From the NCBI GenBank assembly GCA_963674735.2, contig CAXXQS010000001.1, positions 832,001 through 896,000 on the forward strand: 64,000 nucleotides of DNA, given 5' to 3'. Positions 41,340 through 51,492 of this stretch are shown one piece after another. Positions within the stretch are counted from its first letter, which is position 1. Every line of letters starts with the position of its first letter. Origin of the DNA: Myxococcota bacterium. GTDB taxonomy: Bacteria > Myxococcota_A > SURF-8. The notes under the pieces were generated by a model, which had not been told where the DNA came from, did not search any database, and saw only the letters and a program-made list of their open reading frames with translations. Made by a program: the position numbers and the translations under genes.

Positions 41340-42410
41340 ATGAAACATCTTGGTGCACTAATCATAAATATCGTGATTATTTCATTAATGGCGATGGGGA
41401 CGAGTTCGTGTACGTCTCATGCCGATGCTTCTCTGGATAACAGGGCGGCAGACAGCGGTGCCGCGATTGTCGCGCCGGTCAACGTTAAAACCGAGGCGGT
41501 GGAATTCGGTCGTTTAACCGAATCCTTGCATGCCAGCGGTCAGACGATTGCCGATCGCGACGTTCTTCTGTCTGCCGAGACCGCCGGTCGCATCGAGCAT
41601 ATGGACGCCAAGCTGGGACAGCCGGTAAAAAAAGGGCAGGTGCTGGTGCGCATCGATTATGCCATGCTGAAAGCCCAGCGCGACCAAGCTCAGGCCAGCT
41701 TCAACCTGACGGAGAAAACCTTCAATCGTTTGAACCAGTTGCGCTCGGAGGAACTGGTCAGCCAGCAGAGCATCGATGAGGCCGAGTCCTCCATGATTCA
41801 AGCCAAAGCGATGCTGAAAATCGCCCAGGTCAACTTGAATCGCAGTGTTGTGCGTGCTACAACCGATGGTGTTATTACCGAAAAGCATGTCGAGAAGGGC
41901 GAATATGTCGGTCCTGGAACTCCACTGTTCCGCGTCGTGGACATCCGGCACATTGTCGTCACGGCGGATATTCCCGAAAGTAAAGTCGGGGCCATCAAGC
42001 CCGGGGCACCGGTTTCGGTACGACTCGACGCGCTCGGCCGTACGATCGAGAGTCGGGTGCAGGTTGTGCTTCCGGCCGCCCATCCGGCCAGCCGAACCTA
42101 TCAAATGCGCGTTCAGCTCGACAACTCCGACGGTCGCATCCTGGTGGGGATGGCGGCCAACCTCTCCATCACGCTCAAAACATATGAAGACGTGGTGGTG
42201 GCTTCTCAGGATGTGGTGCTCGAAGAAGAAAACGGACGTTCCGTTTTCGTGCGCGATGGCGACGTGGCCCGCAAGCGGGCGGTCTCTTTGGGGGCCGTGG
42301 ACGGCGATCGTGTGGTTCTGGTTGATGGCGTCGAGCAAGGCGACGAACTCATCGTCGTCGGCATGCGCGACTTGGTGGATGGCCAGCCGGTTCGTCTCGT
42401 TACCAATTAA
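41340..42410 (+). CDS. RND efflux periplasmic adaptor subunit
   Basis: Lipoyl halves (GRIE..GQPVKKGQVL; DGVITEKHVEKGEYV) around a helical hairpin. Confidence 0.92.
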   Translation: MKHLGALIINIVIISLMAMGTSSCTSHADASLDNRAADSGAAIVAPVNVKTEAVEFGRLTESLHASGQTIADRDVLLSAETAGRIEHMDAKLGQPVKKGQVLVRIDYAMLKAQRDQAQASFNLTEKTFNRLNQLRSEELVSQQSIDEAESSMIQAKAMLKIAQVNLNRSVVRATTDGVITEKHVEKGEYVGPGTPLFRVVDIRHIVVTADIPESKVGAIKPGAPVSVRLDALGRTIESRVQVVLPAAHPASRTYQMRVQLDNSDGRILVGMAANLSITLKTYEDVVVASQDVVLEEENGRSVFVRDGDVARKRAVSLGAVDGDRVVLVDGVEQGDELIVVGMRDLVDGQPVRLVTN

Positions 42411-42485
42411 AAAAAATTCCCGCCGATTTGGAAGGGGTTAGTGTATGCCCGGCCTCAAAGCCGGGCTTTTTAGGAGAATTCTCCC

Positions 42486-45400
42486 ATGAATATTACCGAG
42501 TTCGCTCTCCGGTTTCGCACCACGGTTTACGTCCTGATTTTGATGATCGTGATTGTCGGTGTGAATTCCTACCGCAGCATGCCGCTCGAAGACAATCCGG
42601 ACGTACAGATTCCCATCATTCTGGTGCAGACGATTTATCCCGGTGTCGCGCCCGAAGATATGGAAAAACTGGTTACCAACGTCACGGAACGAGAGCTCAA
42701 AGACCTTAAAGACGTGAAGAAAATGACGTCCACCAGCGCCGAATCGGTCTCGGTGGTGCAGATCGAGTTCGAAACCGGCGTGGACATGGACGATGCCTAT
42801 CAGAAGGTGCGCGACAAGGTGGATAAGGCGAAGCCCGATCTGCCCGACGACGCCGAAGATCCGATGCTGATCGAGATCAATATTTCCGAATTCCCCATTA
42901 TGCTGGTCAACGTTTCGGGTAATTACGGGTTGGTCAAGCTGAAGAAAGTCGCCGAAACGATTCAAGACCGCATCGAACAGATTCCGGGCGTATTGGGCGC
43001 GGATCTGACCGGCGGCGAAGAACGCGAAATCCAGATTTACCTGGACCCCAATCGTTTGCAGCATTACGAAGTCGGGATCGGGCAAGTGATCGGTCGCATC
43101 CAGGAGGAGCACCTCACGACGCCTGCCGGAAACATCGAGCTGGGCGGCAGCAAATATTCGGTGCGCATTCCCGGCGAATATTCCGATGTTTCCCTGATGG
43201 AAGATATCGTCGTGAAAGCGCCGGAAGGCAATCCCATCAAACTACGCGATATTGGAAGGGTCGTGGACGGATTCAAGGAGCGGCAGACCATTTCGCGCGC
43301 CAACGGGGCTGAATGTGTCACGCTGCGAGTGAAAAAACGCTCGGGCGAAAATGTGGTGCGTATTGCCGATTCGGTACGGGAAATCTTGAAGGATATGGAA
43401 TCGAGCTTACCTGCGGGCACCTCCTACACCATTCGGCAGGACAACAGCGAGGTGATTCGCAACACGGTGAACGACCTGGAAAACAACATCATCAGCGGCC
43501 TTCTGCTGGTTCTGATCGTCTTGTTCTTCGCCATGGGGCTGCGCAATGCTTCGTTTGTGGCGGTGGCCATTCCGCTTTCGATGCTCATCACGTTCATCGC
43601 GCTGCGCCTCATGGGTGTCACGCTCAATATGGTTGTGTTGTTCTCACTGATTCTCGCCTTGGGTATGTTGGTGGATAACTCGATTGTGGTTATCGAAAAT
43701 ATATACCGGCATGTTTCGGAAGGACGTCCGCGTTCGGTGGCGGCGCTTTTGGCCACCAAGGAGGTGGCCTGGCCCATCATCGCTTCGACGGCCACAACCG
43801 TTCTGGCCTTCGCTCCGATGCTTTTCTGGCCGGGGATCATGGGTGAATTCATGAGTTACCTACCCATGACGGTTATCACGGCGCTTCTAGCCTCTCTGTT
43901 TGTGGCGATGGTCATCAATCCGGTTGTCGCCTCCAATTTTCTTAAACCGGGCGGCAAGCGTTTGTTCGACGATTCCGGTGAAGTGAGCGGTCCCATTATT
44001 TCACGCTATAAACGTGTACTCATCTGGAGCCTCGACCACCCCAAAACCTTGATAGGGATAAGTAATGTCGTTTTGGTGGTGGTTATCATGGCTTACGGAA
44101 CGTTCGGGGCCGGGATCGAATTGTTCCCGACCACCACGCCGGAGCGGGCCCAGATCACCATCGAAGCGCCGCAAGGAACCGCGATCGAGCGTACCGACAG
44201 CTACATGCGCAAAGTCGAACAGATCGCCATGAGCGAGGACGGAACCGACGAGACTGTCGCGAACGTGGGCTATGCCGGTGGGATGCAGCTTTCAAGCGGC
44301 GGCAGCAATCCGCATCTGGCGGTGGCGGATATTGAGTTCAAGGATCGACACGAACGGACCCACAGTAGCTGGGATACCATCAAATCCATCCGCAAGGAAC
44401 TCGAAAAGCTGGCCGGTGCCGACTATAAAGTGGAGGTTCTAAAAGAGGGACCGCCCACCGGAGAACCGGTTTCGGTGGAAATCTCGGGACCGGATTTCAA
44501 CGTCGCCAACACGATCGCCCGCCAGGTCAAAGAACTGATTGCCACCATTCCCGGTGTTACCGACATCCAAGACGATTTCGAAGGTGGCAAGCCGGAAATC
44601 AAGATCGAGGTGGACCGCGAGCAGGCGATGTTGCGCAAGGTCAACACCATGACCATCTCCAACGCGGTGCGGGCCGCCATCAATGGCGTTGAGGCCAGCG
44701 TGCTGCGTGAAGGCGATGAGGAGTATGATATCGTCGTGCGCTACGACGAGCCATTCCGGAAGTCGATCAACGATATCCTCGATATTCGTGTGATGGGAAA
44801 AGACGACGTTCAGATTCCCCTGCGCGATGTGGCGAAGGTCAGCACCACGGGCGGATTGGGTTCGGTCAAGCATATCGATCAGAAACGCACGATCCTGGTC
44901 AGTGGCGATGTGATGGAACGCAGCTCGGCGGAAGTCATGATGGACGTCGAGAAACTGCTGAACGAGAAACTGACGTTGCCGCCGGGATATGTATTCCATT
45001 TCAGCGGAGAGAGTGAGGAACAGGAAAAAGCGGCTTCGTTTTTAGCTGAAGCTTTCGGAATCGGGATCATGCTGATGTTCATGGTGCTGATTACCCAGTT
45101 CAACTCGGTTCTGCGCCCCGCCATCATTCTCGGATCGGTTATTATGTCCATGATCGGCGTGCTGCTGGGCTTGATGATTACGCAGAACAAATTCGGGATC
45201 ATCATGACCGGAATGGGGGTGATTTCGCTTGCGGGAGTTGTCGTGAACAACGCGATCGTCCTGATCGACTACACCAATCTGCTGTGTACGCGTGATGGTT
45301 TGAGTTTACGCGATGCGCTTGTCCGAGCCGGTCTAGTACGCTTTCGCCCGGTTCTGCTGACTGCGATCACCACTATTCTGGGTATGTCACCCATGGCGCT

Positions 45401-45638
45401 CGGGGTCTCAATCGACTTCAAGAACTTCACCATCGATACGGGCGCTGTTTCCATGGAATACTGGGGACCCATGGCGCAGGCGGTGATCTTCGGTTTGAGC
45501 TTTGCGACCATCCTCACCCTGGTTATGGTGCCGGTGATGTATCTGACGCAGGAAAATTTCAGCAACTGGATCATAAAGCGACTTGGACTGAGCGAGCCGG
45601 ATGCGTTGCCTGCTGCGTCCGAGATGCACGAAGGATAA
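42486..45638 (+). CDS. RND efflux permease (AcrB/HAE1-like)
   Basis: 1050 aa; ALGMLVDNSIVVIENI, GVVVNNAIVL and RFRPVLLTA. Confidence 0.95.
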   Translation: MNITEFALRFRTTVYVLILMIVIVGVNSYRSMPLEDNPDVQIPIILVQTIYPGVAPEDMEKLVTNVTERELKDLKDVKKMTSTSAESVSVVQIEFETGVDMDDAYQKVRDKVDKAKPDLPDDAEDPMLIEINISEFPIMLVNVSGNYGLVKLKKVAETIQDRIEQIPGVLGADLTGGEEREIQIYLDPNRLQHYEVGIGQVIGRIQEEHLTTPAGNIELGGSKYSVRIPGEYSDVSLMEDIVVKAPEGNPIKLRDIGRVVDGFKERQTISRANGAECVTLRVKKRSGENVVRIADSVREILKDMESSLPAGTSYTIRQDNSEVIRNTVNDLENNIISGLLLVLIVLFFAMGLRNASFVAVAIPLSMLITFIALRLMGVTLNMVVLFSLILALGMLVDNSIVVIENIYRHVSEGRPRSVAALLATKEVAWPIIASTATTVLAFAPMLFWPGIMGEFMSYLPMTVITALLASLFVAMVINPVVASNFLKPGGKRLFDDSGEVSGPIISRYKRVLIWSLDHPKTLIGISNVVLVVVIMAYGTFGAGIELFPTTTPERAQITIEAPQGTAIERTDSYMRKVEQIAMSEDGTDETVANVGYAGGMQLSSGGSNPHLAVADIEFKDRHERTHSSWDTIKSIRKELEKLAGADYKVEVLKEGPPTGEPVSVEISGPDFNVANTIARQVKELIATIPGVTDIQDDFEGGKPEIKIEVDREQAMLRKVNTMTISNAVRAAINGVEASVLREGDEEYDIVVRYDEPFRKSINDILDIRVMGKDDVQIPLRDVAKVSTTGGLGSVKHIDQKRTILVSGDVMERSSAEVMMDVEKLLNEKLTLPPGYVFHFSGESEEQEKAASFLAEAFGIGIMLMFMVLITQFNSVLRPAIILGSVIMSMIGVLLGLMITQNKFGIIMTGMGVISLAGVVVNNAIVLIDYTNLLCTRDGLSLRDALVRAGLVRFRPVLLTAITTILGMSPMALGVSIDFKNFTIDTGAVSMEYWGPMAQAVIFGLSFATILTLVMVPVMYLTQENFSNWIIKRLGLSEPDALPAASEMHEG

Positions 45639-45642
45639 TAAG

Positions 45643-47004
45643 ATGAAAAGAAGAGAAACGAGCATGTGGAAACAACTGATTGTGGCGCTGGCAGTCGGAG
45701 CGGTGCTGATCGGGAATGCGGTCGCGGCCGAAAATGCCGAGGGAGATGTGGTGACGCTGGAGCAGGCCCAGCGTCTGGCTTTGGAACGCAACCCCTCGAT
45801 GAAAAATATCGGCGAGACCGTCTATCAGGCCAACGTGCTGATCTACCGAGCCTGGGCGATTTTGCTTCCCAATCTGAGTGCGTCGGGGTCCATCACGCGC
45901 AACAGCAGCGAGGCGGTATTGGCGTTTCCCGATTTCGAAGCTCAGCCCGATGCCAACGGCGACCTCCCCATGATTGAGACGGTGATGATGGAGAAATGGG
46001 CGAAGACCTTCGGGTTTACGGCCAACATGACGCTGTTCAACGCGCGTTCCATTCCCCTGCTCATGAATGCTTACGACAATGTGGATTACAGTAAAATGAG
46101 CGGTCGGCAATCGCGCAACGATCTGCTGTTGGCGGTGGCGGCGGCCTATTTTCAAGGGTATTCCGCGGAAGAAGCATTGGATGTGGCCCGGCGAAATCTG
46201 GAAAATGACGAGGAGTTTTTAAAACTTGCGCAAGCAAAAAAAGAGGTGGGGCAGGGGACCAAGATCGATGTTCTGCGAGCCGAAACGGCTTTGATGGATG
46301 CGGAAAAAGAGTTGAAAAACGCCGAGGATGCCGTCGAATTGTCCAAGACGGCGTTGGGTTACCTGATCGGCATTGAAGACGCTTTCACCATCACGAAACC
46401 TGAACCGGTCGAGCCGGTGGGAGGTGGGCTGGATGCCGTGGTCAGCAAGGCGATACGGGATCGCGAGGATTTGAAAGCGGCGCGTCTGGCGCGCACGATG
46501 GCCGAGCGCGACCGCATGGAGACCTGGACCAAGTGGGTTCCCAGTTTGGATGTCACATACAAGTGGGATTGGAACTCGGCGGCGGGTTTTTCCGGCGAGA
46601 AGGATAACTGGATGCTGATTTTCGGGGCCAACTGGAGCATCCTGGAGGGTGGTGGACGGATTGCCGAACTCTACGAACGGAAGTCCAAGGAGCGCATGGC
46701 GGGTAACAGCGCCGACCAGCTTGAACTGGATATCAAGGAATCGGTCGAAACGAATATGCTGGAAATGCAGAAAAGGCGCCGTAACGTGGAGTTGGCCGAC
46801 AAGCAGATCGCCTTGGCGGAAGAAACCCATCGGCTGATCACCCGCCAGTATGAGCTGGGCATGGCCACCAGCCTGGATGTCACCAACGCCTCGAACGATC
46901 TCTCCAACGTGCGTCGGGCGCGTATCCTGGAGCAGCTCCAGCTCGACATGGCGGCATTAATGCTCAATAAAGCGGCCGGTGAATACTACGAGATGTCTCG
47001 TTAG
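45643..47004 (+). CDS. TolC-family outer membrane efflux protein
   Basis: Signal peptide, TLEQAQRLALERNP, duplicated OEP repeats; third gene of the RND operon. Confidence 0.9.
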   Translation: MKRRETSMWKQLIVALAVGAVLIGNAVAAENAEGDVVTLEQAQRLALERNPSMKNIGETVYQANVLIYRAWAILLPNLSASGSITRNSSEAVLAFPDFEAQPDANGDLPMIETVMMEKWAKTFGFTANMTLFNARSIPLLMNAYDNVDYSKMSGRQSRNDLLLAVAAAYFQGYSAEEALDVARRNLENDEEFLKLAQAKKEVGQGTKIDVLRAETALMDAEKELKNAEDAVELSKTALGYLIGIEDAFTITKPEPVEPVGGGLDAVVSKAIRDREDLKAARLARTMAERDRMETWTKWVPSLDVTYKWDWNSAAGFSGEKDNWMLIFGANWSILEGGGRIAELYERKSKERMAGNSADQLELDIKESVETNMLEMQKRRRNVELADKQIALAEETHRLITRQYELGMATSLDVTNASNDLSNVRRARILEQLQLDMAALMLNKAAGEYYEMSR

Positions 47005-47235
47005 GCAAAAAGCGCAAGCAAACTGAAGCGGTCGGAAGGGTGTCCCCGTAACTTTGCGGGGACAACAGACTCGACCCGCTATGATGTTCCGGTCAGGCTA
47101 ATCCTTGAACGGTCCTGTGGCCGACTATCTTTCATTTCGATTACCCCCCCTTTTTTTTTCGGTTCACGTCAAGCCTTGTTGTGAGTGCAGTTATTGCGCA
47201 CAGCAAGGAAGGGGAAAAAAGTCAAAAAAACGAGA

Positions 47236-47264
47236 TTGACTAGTCCGTCCGTTTGGGTTAGGCT
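47236..47264 (+). promoter_or_regulatory. Putative sigma70 promoter of the TetR-GRE unit
   Basis: TTGACT-N17-TAGGCT. Confidence 0.45.
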
Positions 47265-47310
47265 TAAGTTAGGCTGGTAAGACGAACACCGGCAAGTCAG
47301 GAGCAACGAC

Positions 47311-47934
47311 ATGGTTTCGACGCTAAGGAAACAGCGAGATCTCGACCGCAAGGAAAACACACGGCAGGATTTGCTCAACGCGGCCGTCGAGGTCTTTTGC
47401 GACAAGGGCTATCACAGCACCCTTATCTCCGACATTGTGGCGCAAGCGGGCGTAGGGCAGGGCACTTTCTATCGCTATTTCAACAGCAAACGTCACCTCA
47501 TCGATAACGTGATGGACCAGTTCGGTCAGTTGTTGCTCGATCAATTCGAGTCGATGACCATCAACCTACCCGGCAATGTCGATGAATACCGGGAAGCCAG
47601 CAAAAAAGCGCTGCTGGCGGTTGCCATGCTGGTTGAGAAAAATCGTAAACTCGCCCTGTTGCTGTTGCGCGAAGCCCCGACCGTCGATCGCGACTTCGAA
47701 CAGAGAATCAACGAGTTATACGACCAGTTCGCCAGCTTGGCCGCCTTTTACCTGGAATACGCGGTGACCGCTAAAATCGTCAGGGAATGCAATACCGCCA
47801 TGGTGTCCCAAGCCATCGTGGGAATGGGGCTGCGGCATGTGACCTTGTGGCTGAGTGCCGATCCTGAAACCACGGATATTCACGAATTGATTAACGAGTT
47901 GGTGGATTTTGCCTTTTCCGGCCTGGGTGCATAG
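47311..47934 (+). CDS. TetR/AcrR family regulator
   Basis: LLNAAVEVFCDKGY..ISDIVAQAGVGQGTFYRYFNSK. Confidence 0.93.
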   Translation: MVSTLRKQRDLDRKENTRQDLLNAAVEVFCDKGYHSTLISDIVAQAGVGQGTFYRYFNSKRHLIDNVMDQFGQLLLDQFESMTINLPGNVDEYREASKKALLAVAMLVEKNRKLALLLLREAPTVDRDFEQRINELYDQFASLAAFYLEYAVTAKIVRECNTAMVSQAIVGMGLRHVTLWLSADPETTDIHELINELVDFAFSGLGA

Positions 47935-48072
47935 GGACGGATTGGAGCATTTTGCATGTTGGAAAGCCTGGATGTAACGAAATAAGACGGAGCCAGCAAG
48001 ATGACTGAGTTAAGCCAGTATCCCTTAGGACGACCTGATCTGAGTTTGTCGATCAATTCGAGACAAGGCATC

Positions 48073-51000
48073 ATGGAGAAACCCAGCATCCTCAAGGTTC
48101 AACGCACCTGCGTGCATGACGGTCCCGGCATCCGAACGACCATCTTTTTCCAGGGCTGCAATCTGTGCTGCGCTTGGTGCCAGAATCCCGAAGGTCTTTC
48201 GATCAAACCCGATAGGGAACCCGAAAACGACTATTCGATTTCCGATCTGGTGGAAATCGTACTGCGAGATAAGGACTATTATTCCCAAACCGGTGGGGGA
48301 GTGACGTTGAGCGGTGGCGACCCCCTGTTGCAGAGGCCGGACTGCCTGATTCCGTTCTTGCAAGTATTGAGAGAGGAGAATATCCACATCGCGGTCGAGA
48401 CCGCACTTCACGTCCCCACGACGCATGTCGAGAAACTGGCCCCGTATGTTTCCCTGTTTCTTGTCGACCTGAAAGTGGTGGGAGACGATGAACGCCACAA
48501 GAGACTGACACAACAAAGCAGCCGCTTGATCCATCGGAACATTAGAAAATTGATGGCTCTCAACGCGAATGTCAAATTCCGTATGGTGATGGTGCCGGGC
48601 CACAACGATGAAGATACCGACATCAAAGCGGCCGCCGAATTTCTGAAATCGGTCGGGCATGATTCGATCGAGTTATTGAAATACCACAATATGTACGAGG
48701 AAAAGGCCAAACGATTGGGATTGGAGCGGGAACCGCTGCAGATCACCAACGAGCAGGCTCTCGCATCGGTTCGACGGGCGGTCAAGCTGTTCGACACTTT
48801 GGCTATCAAAGCCGAATGCTTCGATTTGGATGCCTCACGGCATCAAGCCGTTTTTACGCAACGGGTCCACGACATCCAAAATGCCATCAGGGAAAGCGAT
48901 TTCCACCTGTGTTTCGAAGTGTCGCGATTGAAGACGGCTTTCTACAAGAAAAACGGTTTCGAACAACCGAGCCATATTCATCGCGCAAAACGCCTGAATC
49001 ATGTGCTGGCCAACAAGGAAATCATCGTTTATCCCGACGAGCTGCTGGTCGGCAATTTTACCTCGAAACGGCGTGGCTGTCAGGTGTGGGAAGAGCATCA
49101 CGGTGTTCTTTTGGCTTCGATCTTTCATCAGATCGATCATCAGGAACCGATCCCGTTCAAATGTTCCTGGAAGGACCGAATTCATTTCTATCGCGAAATC
49201 ATGCCGTTTTGGCTCAAGCATAGCCTTTTGAGGAAAGTTAATCCCAAGCTGAAAGACTTCATCATGTTGTTCGCGCGCAGTTCCGAGATGAATACCGGGT
49301 TCAATAACAACATGGCCTCGATCGCGCATTTTATCGTGAATTACGAACGCCTGCTTGAACTCGGAACGGTGGGTATCATCGAGGAAATCGAAACCAAGCG
49401 CAGAGAAAACCCGGAAAACAACCAGGCTTTTTACGATGGAGTGATTATCGCGCTGAAGGGGTTGGAGAGATTTGCCGAACGCTATGCCGACCGTTTAGCG
49501 AGTCTGAGCCGTGAGGAATCGAACGAGCATCGCCGCCGGGAGTTGCAGGAGATGGCCGACATCTGTCGCCATGTTCCCAAGTACCCGGCCCGCACGTATC
49601 ACGAAGCGTTACAGAGCATGATGCTTCTCCATATCGCGCTTTGTATCGAGTCTTTCGAAAACGCCGTCTCGCCCGGTCGCCTCGACCAGATTCTTTATCC
49701 GTATTACAAACGCGATAAAGAAGCCGGGATCATCGACTATGAAAAGGCCAAAGAACTTCTGGCGTTGTTCATTCTCAAGATGGATGAAGCTCTTTTAGTC
49801 AACGATGGCAATACCTATCTGCGAATCGGACGGCTTTTCGAAACCATGTCGACGGACCAGACCGTTACCGCAGGTGGTCTTGGAAAAGACGGAAAGGACG
49901 CGACCAATGAGTTGACTTACGCGTTGCTGGATATCTGCGAGTTGCAACCTTACGCCGTAAACATGACGGCGCGTATTCACCCGGATAGCCCGGTGGAATA
50001 CCTGGACAGACTCGCGGAAGTCTACATAAACGGCTCGCCCATGCCCGCTTTGTACAACGATGAGCTTTACATCGAAACGCTTCGGAAGCATTACGATACC
50101 AGTGTGGAAGATGCCCGGAATTATGCCATCGTGGGATGCGTGGAACCCAACGCCTCAGACGATCATTACGGCAATACCGATTGCGCCAACATGAATGTGG
50201 TCCTACCGTTTTTGCAGGCTCTGAAAGGCGAAGAAGATGAGCTGTGGAACGTCGATGCTCCGGACCAAGTGGAAAAAATCACCAGCAAGTTTGTCGAGTA
50301 CAATTTCAGTGGCGATGGCAAGGCCGCTCGCCTCATTTCTTCCGGCTATGGGAAAGCGCGTAACCTGTATAAACGAATGCGGACATCCAAACCCAATCCG
50401 CCTGCGAACATGGATCAACTGCTGGAACGTTTTCAGCGGCGTTTGAACAGTCTGGCCAACTCGATTTTGGGCGATCATCAAAAAATCGAAAAAGCGATCC
50501 GAGAGAACTTCGCAACTCCTTTGGCATCCTCGCTTTCAAGAGGATCCATCGAAAGCGGTAAAGACGTCAACGAGGGCGGGGCGACTTTCAACAGCAGCGG
50601 CATTCAGGCGGTGGGAATCACGGATGTTGCGGATTCTCTACATGCCATCCACGAGGTTGTCTACCAGCGAAGGCTGTATTCGATTCAGGACATCATCGAC
50701 GCCATCGAGCATGATTTCGTCGGAGACGATTACGAGGCGATTAGAGACGTTTTGCTGGCCGTGCCGAAATTCGGTCAGGATGAATCGCAGGAGGCTGTCG
50801 ATTGGGTGAATCGAACCTTGCAGATCTACGTGAACGCCCTTGCGCAGGTTCCGAATTGTCCGAGAAACGGTATTTACACCGCTGGTTATTATGCTTTGAA
50901 TGTGAATGATGTTTACGGAAAGAAAACACCGGCGCTACCTTCCGGGAGACTGAAAGGCACCCCTTTGGCCAACAGCGTCGCTCCCCATTACGGGATGCAA

Positions 51001-51336
51001 GTCGCGGATCTGCTCTCGTCGCTGAACGCCGTCGCCGGAGTCGATTTTGCGAAATACGCTCCCAACGGCACGACGGTCACCTTCACGATCGACTCGGCCT
51101 TGTTCCAGGGGAAGGCCGGGGTTCGCAATCTTTCGAGCATCTTCAGCACGTTTTTCAAAAAAGGCGGCATGCAGTTTCAACCCAACGTCATTAGTCGGGA
51201 AATTTTGCTGGATGCTTACAACAATCCTGAAAAACATCCCTATCTGCTCGTGCGGGTTGCCGGCTATTGTGCGTATTTCAATCATCTCTCCGATGACTTG
51301 AAGAAAATCATCATAAACCGCACCTGTTACTGCTGA
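48073..51336 (+). CDS. Fused glycyl-radical activating enzyme (radical SAM) + glycyl radical enzyme
   Basis: N-terminal HDGPGIRTTIFFQGCNLCCAWCQNPE and GGVTLSGGD. Then ELLVGN, SPGRLDQ, IVGCVEP and LLVRVAGY in the same frame. Alternative start 48001. Confidence 0.9.
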   Translation: MEKPSILKVQRTCVHDGPGIRTTIFFQGCNLCCAWCQNPEGLSIKPDREPENDYSISDLVEIVLRDKDYYSQTGGGVTLSGGDPLLQRPDCLIPFLQVLREENIHIAVETALHVPTTHVEKLAPYVSLFLVDLKVVGDDERHKRLTQQSSRLIHRNIRKLMALNANVKFRMVMVPGHNDEDTDIKAAAEFLKSVGHDSIELLKYHNMYEEKAKRLGLEREPLQITNEQALASVRRAVKLFDTLAIKAECFDLDASRHQAVFTQRVHDIQNAIRESDFHLCFEVSRLKTAFYKKNGFEQPSHIHRAKRLNHVLANKEIIVYPDELLVGNFTSKRRGCQVWEEHHGVLLASIFHQIDHQEPIPFKCSWKDRIHFYREIMPFWLKHSLLRKVNPKLKDFIMLFARSSEMNTGFNNNMASIAHFIVNYERLLELGTVGIIEEIETKRRENPENNQAFYDGVIIALKGLERFAERYADRLASLSREESNEHRRRELQEMADICRHVPKYPARTYHEALQSMMLLHIALCIESFENAVSPGRLDQILYPYYKRDKEAGIIDYEKAKELLALFILKMDEALLVNDGNTYLRIGRLFETMSTDQTVTAGGLGKDGKDATNELTYALLDICELQPYAVNMTARIHPDSPVEYLDRLAEVYINGSPMPALYNDELYIETLRKHYDTSVEDARNYAIVGCVEPNASDDHYGNTDCANMNVVLPFLQALKGEEDELWNVDAPDQVEKITSKFVEYNFSGDGKAARLISSGYGKARNLYKRMRTSKPNPPANMDQLLERFQRRLNSLANSILGDHQKIEKAIRENFATPLASSLSRGSIESGKDVNEGGATFNSSGIQAVGITDVADSLHAIHEVVYQRRLYSIQDIIDAIEHDFVGDDYEAIRDVLLAVPKFGQDESQEAVDWVNRTLQIYVNALAQVPNCPRNGIYTAGYYALNVNDVYGKKTPALPSGRLKGTPLANSVAPHYGMQVADLLSSLNAVAGVDFAKYAPNGTTVTFTIDSALFQGKAGVRNLSSIFSTFFKKGGMQFQPNVISREILLDAYNNPEKHPYLLVRVAGYCAYFNHLSDDLKKIIINRTCYC

Positions 51337-51492
51337 GCTTCTCGTTTCAAGTTCCTTGCTCAAGCTTGCGAGGCTCCCGAAAGTCGGATTCATGCTGAAA
51401 GGACTTGATTTTTGGGTGACATTCGGAGATGCTTCCCGGGCGTTTTGATGTCCAGGAATGATGAAGAGTGTCGTCTCAGCGAGGAATAAACC

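Noticed and set aside
47144-47159. C7T9 homopolymer as a phase-variation switch
   Set aside because: Intergenic and outside the predicted promoter spacer; no evidence of function.
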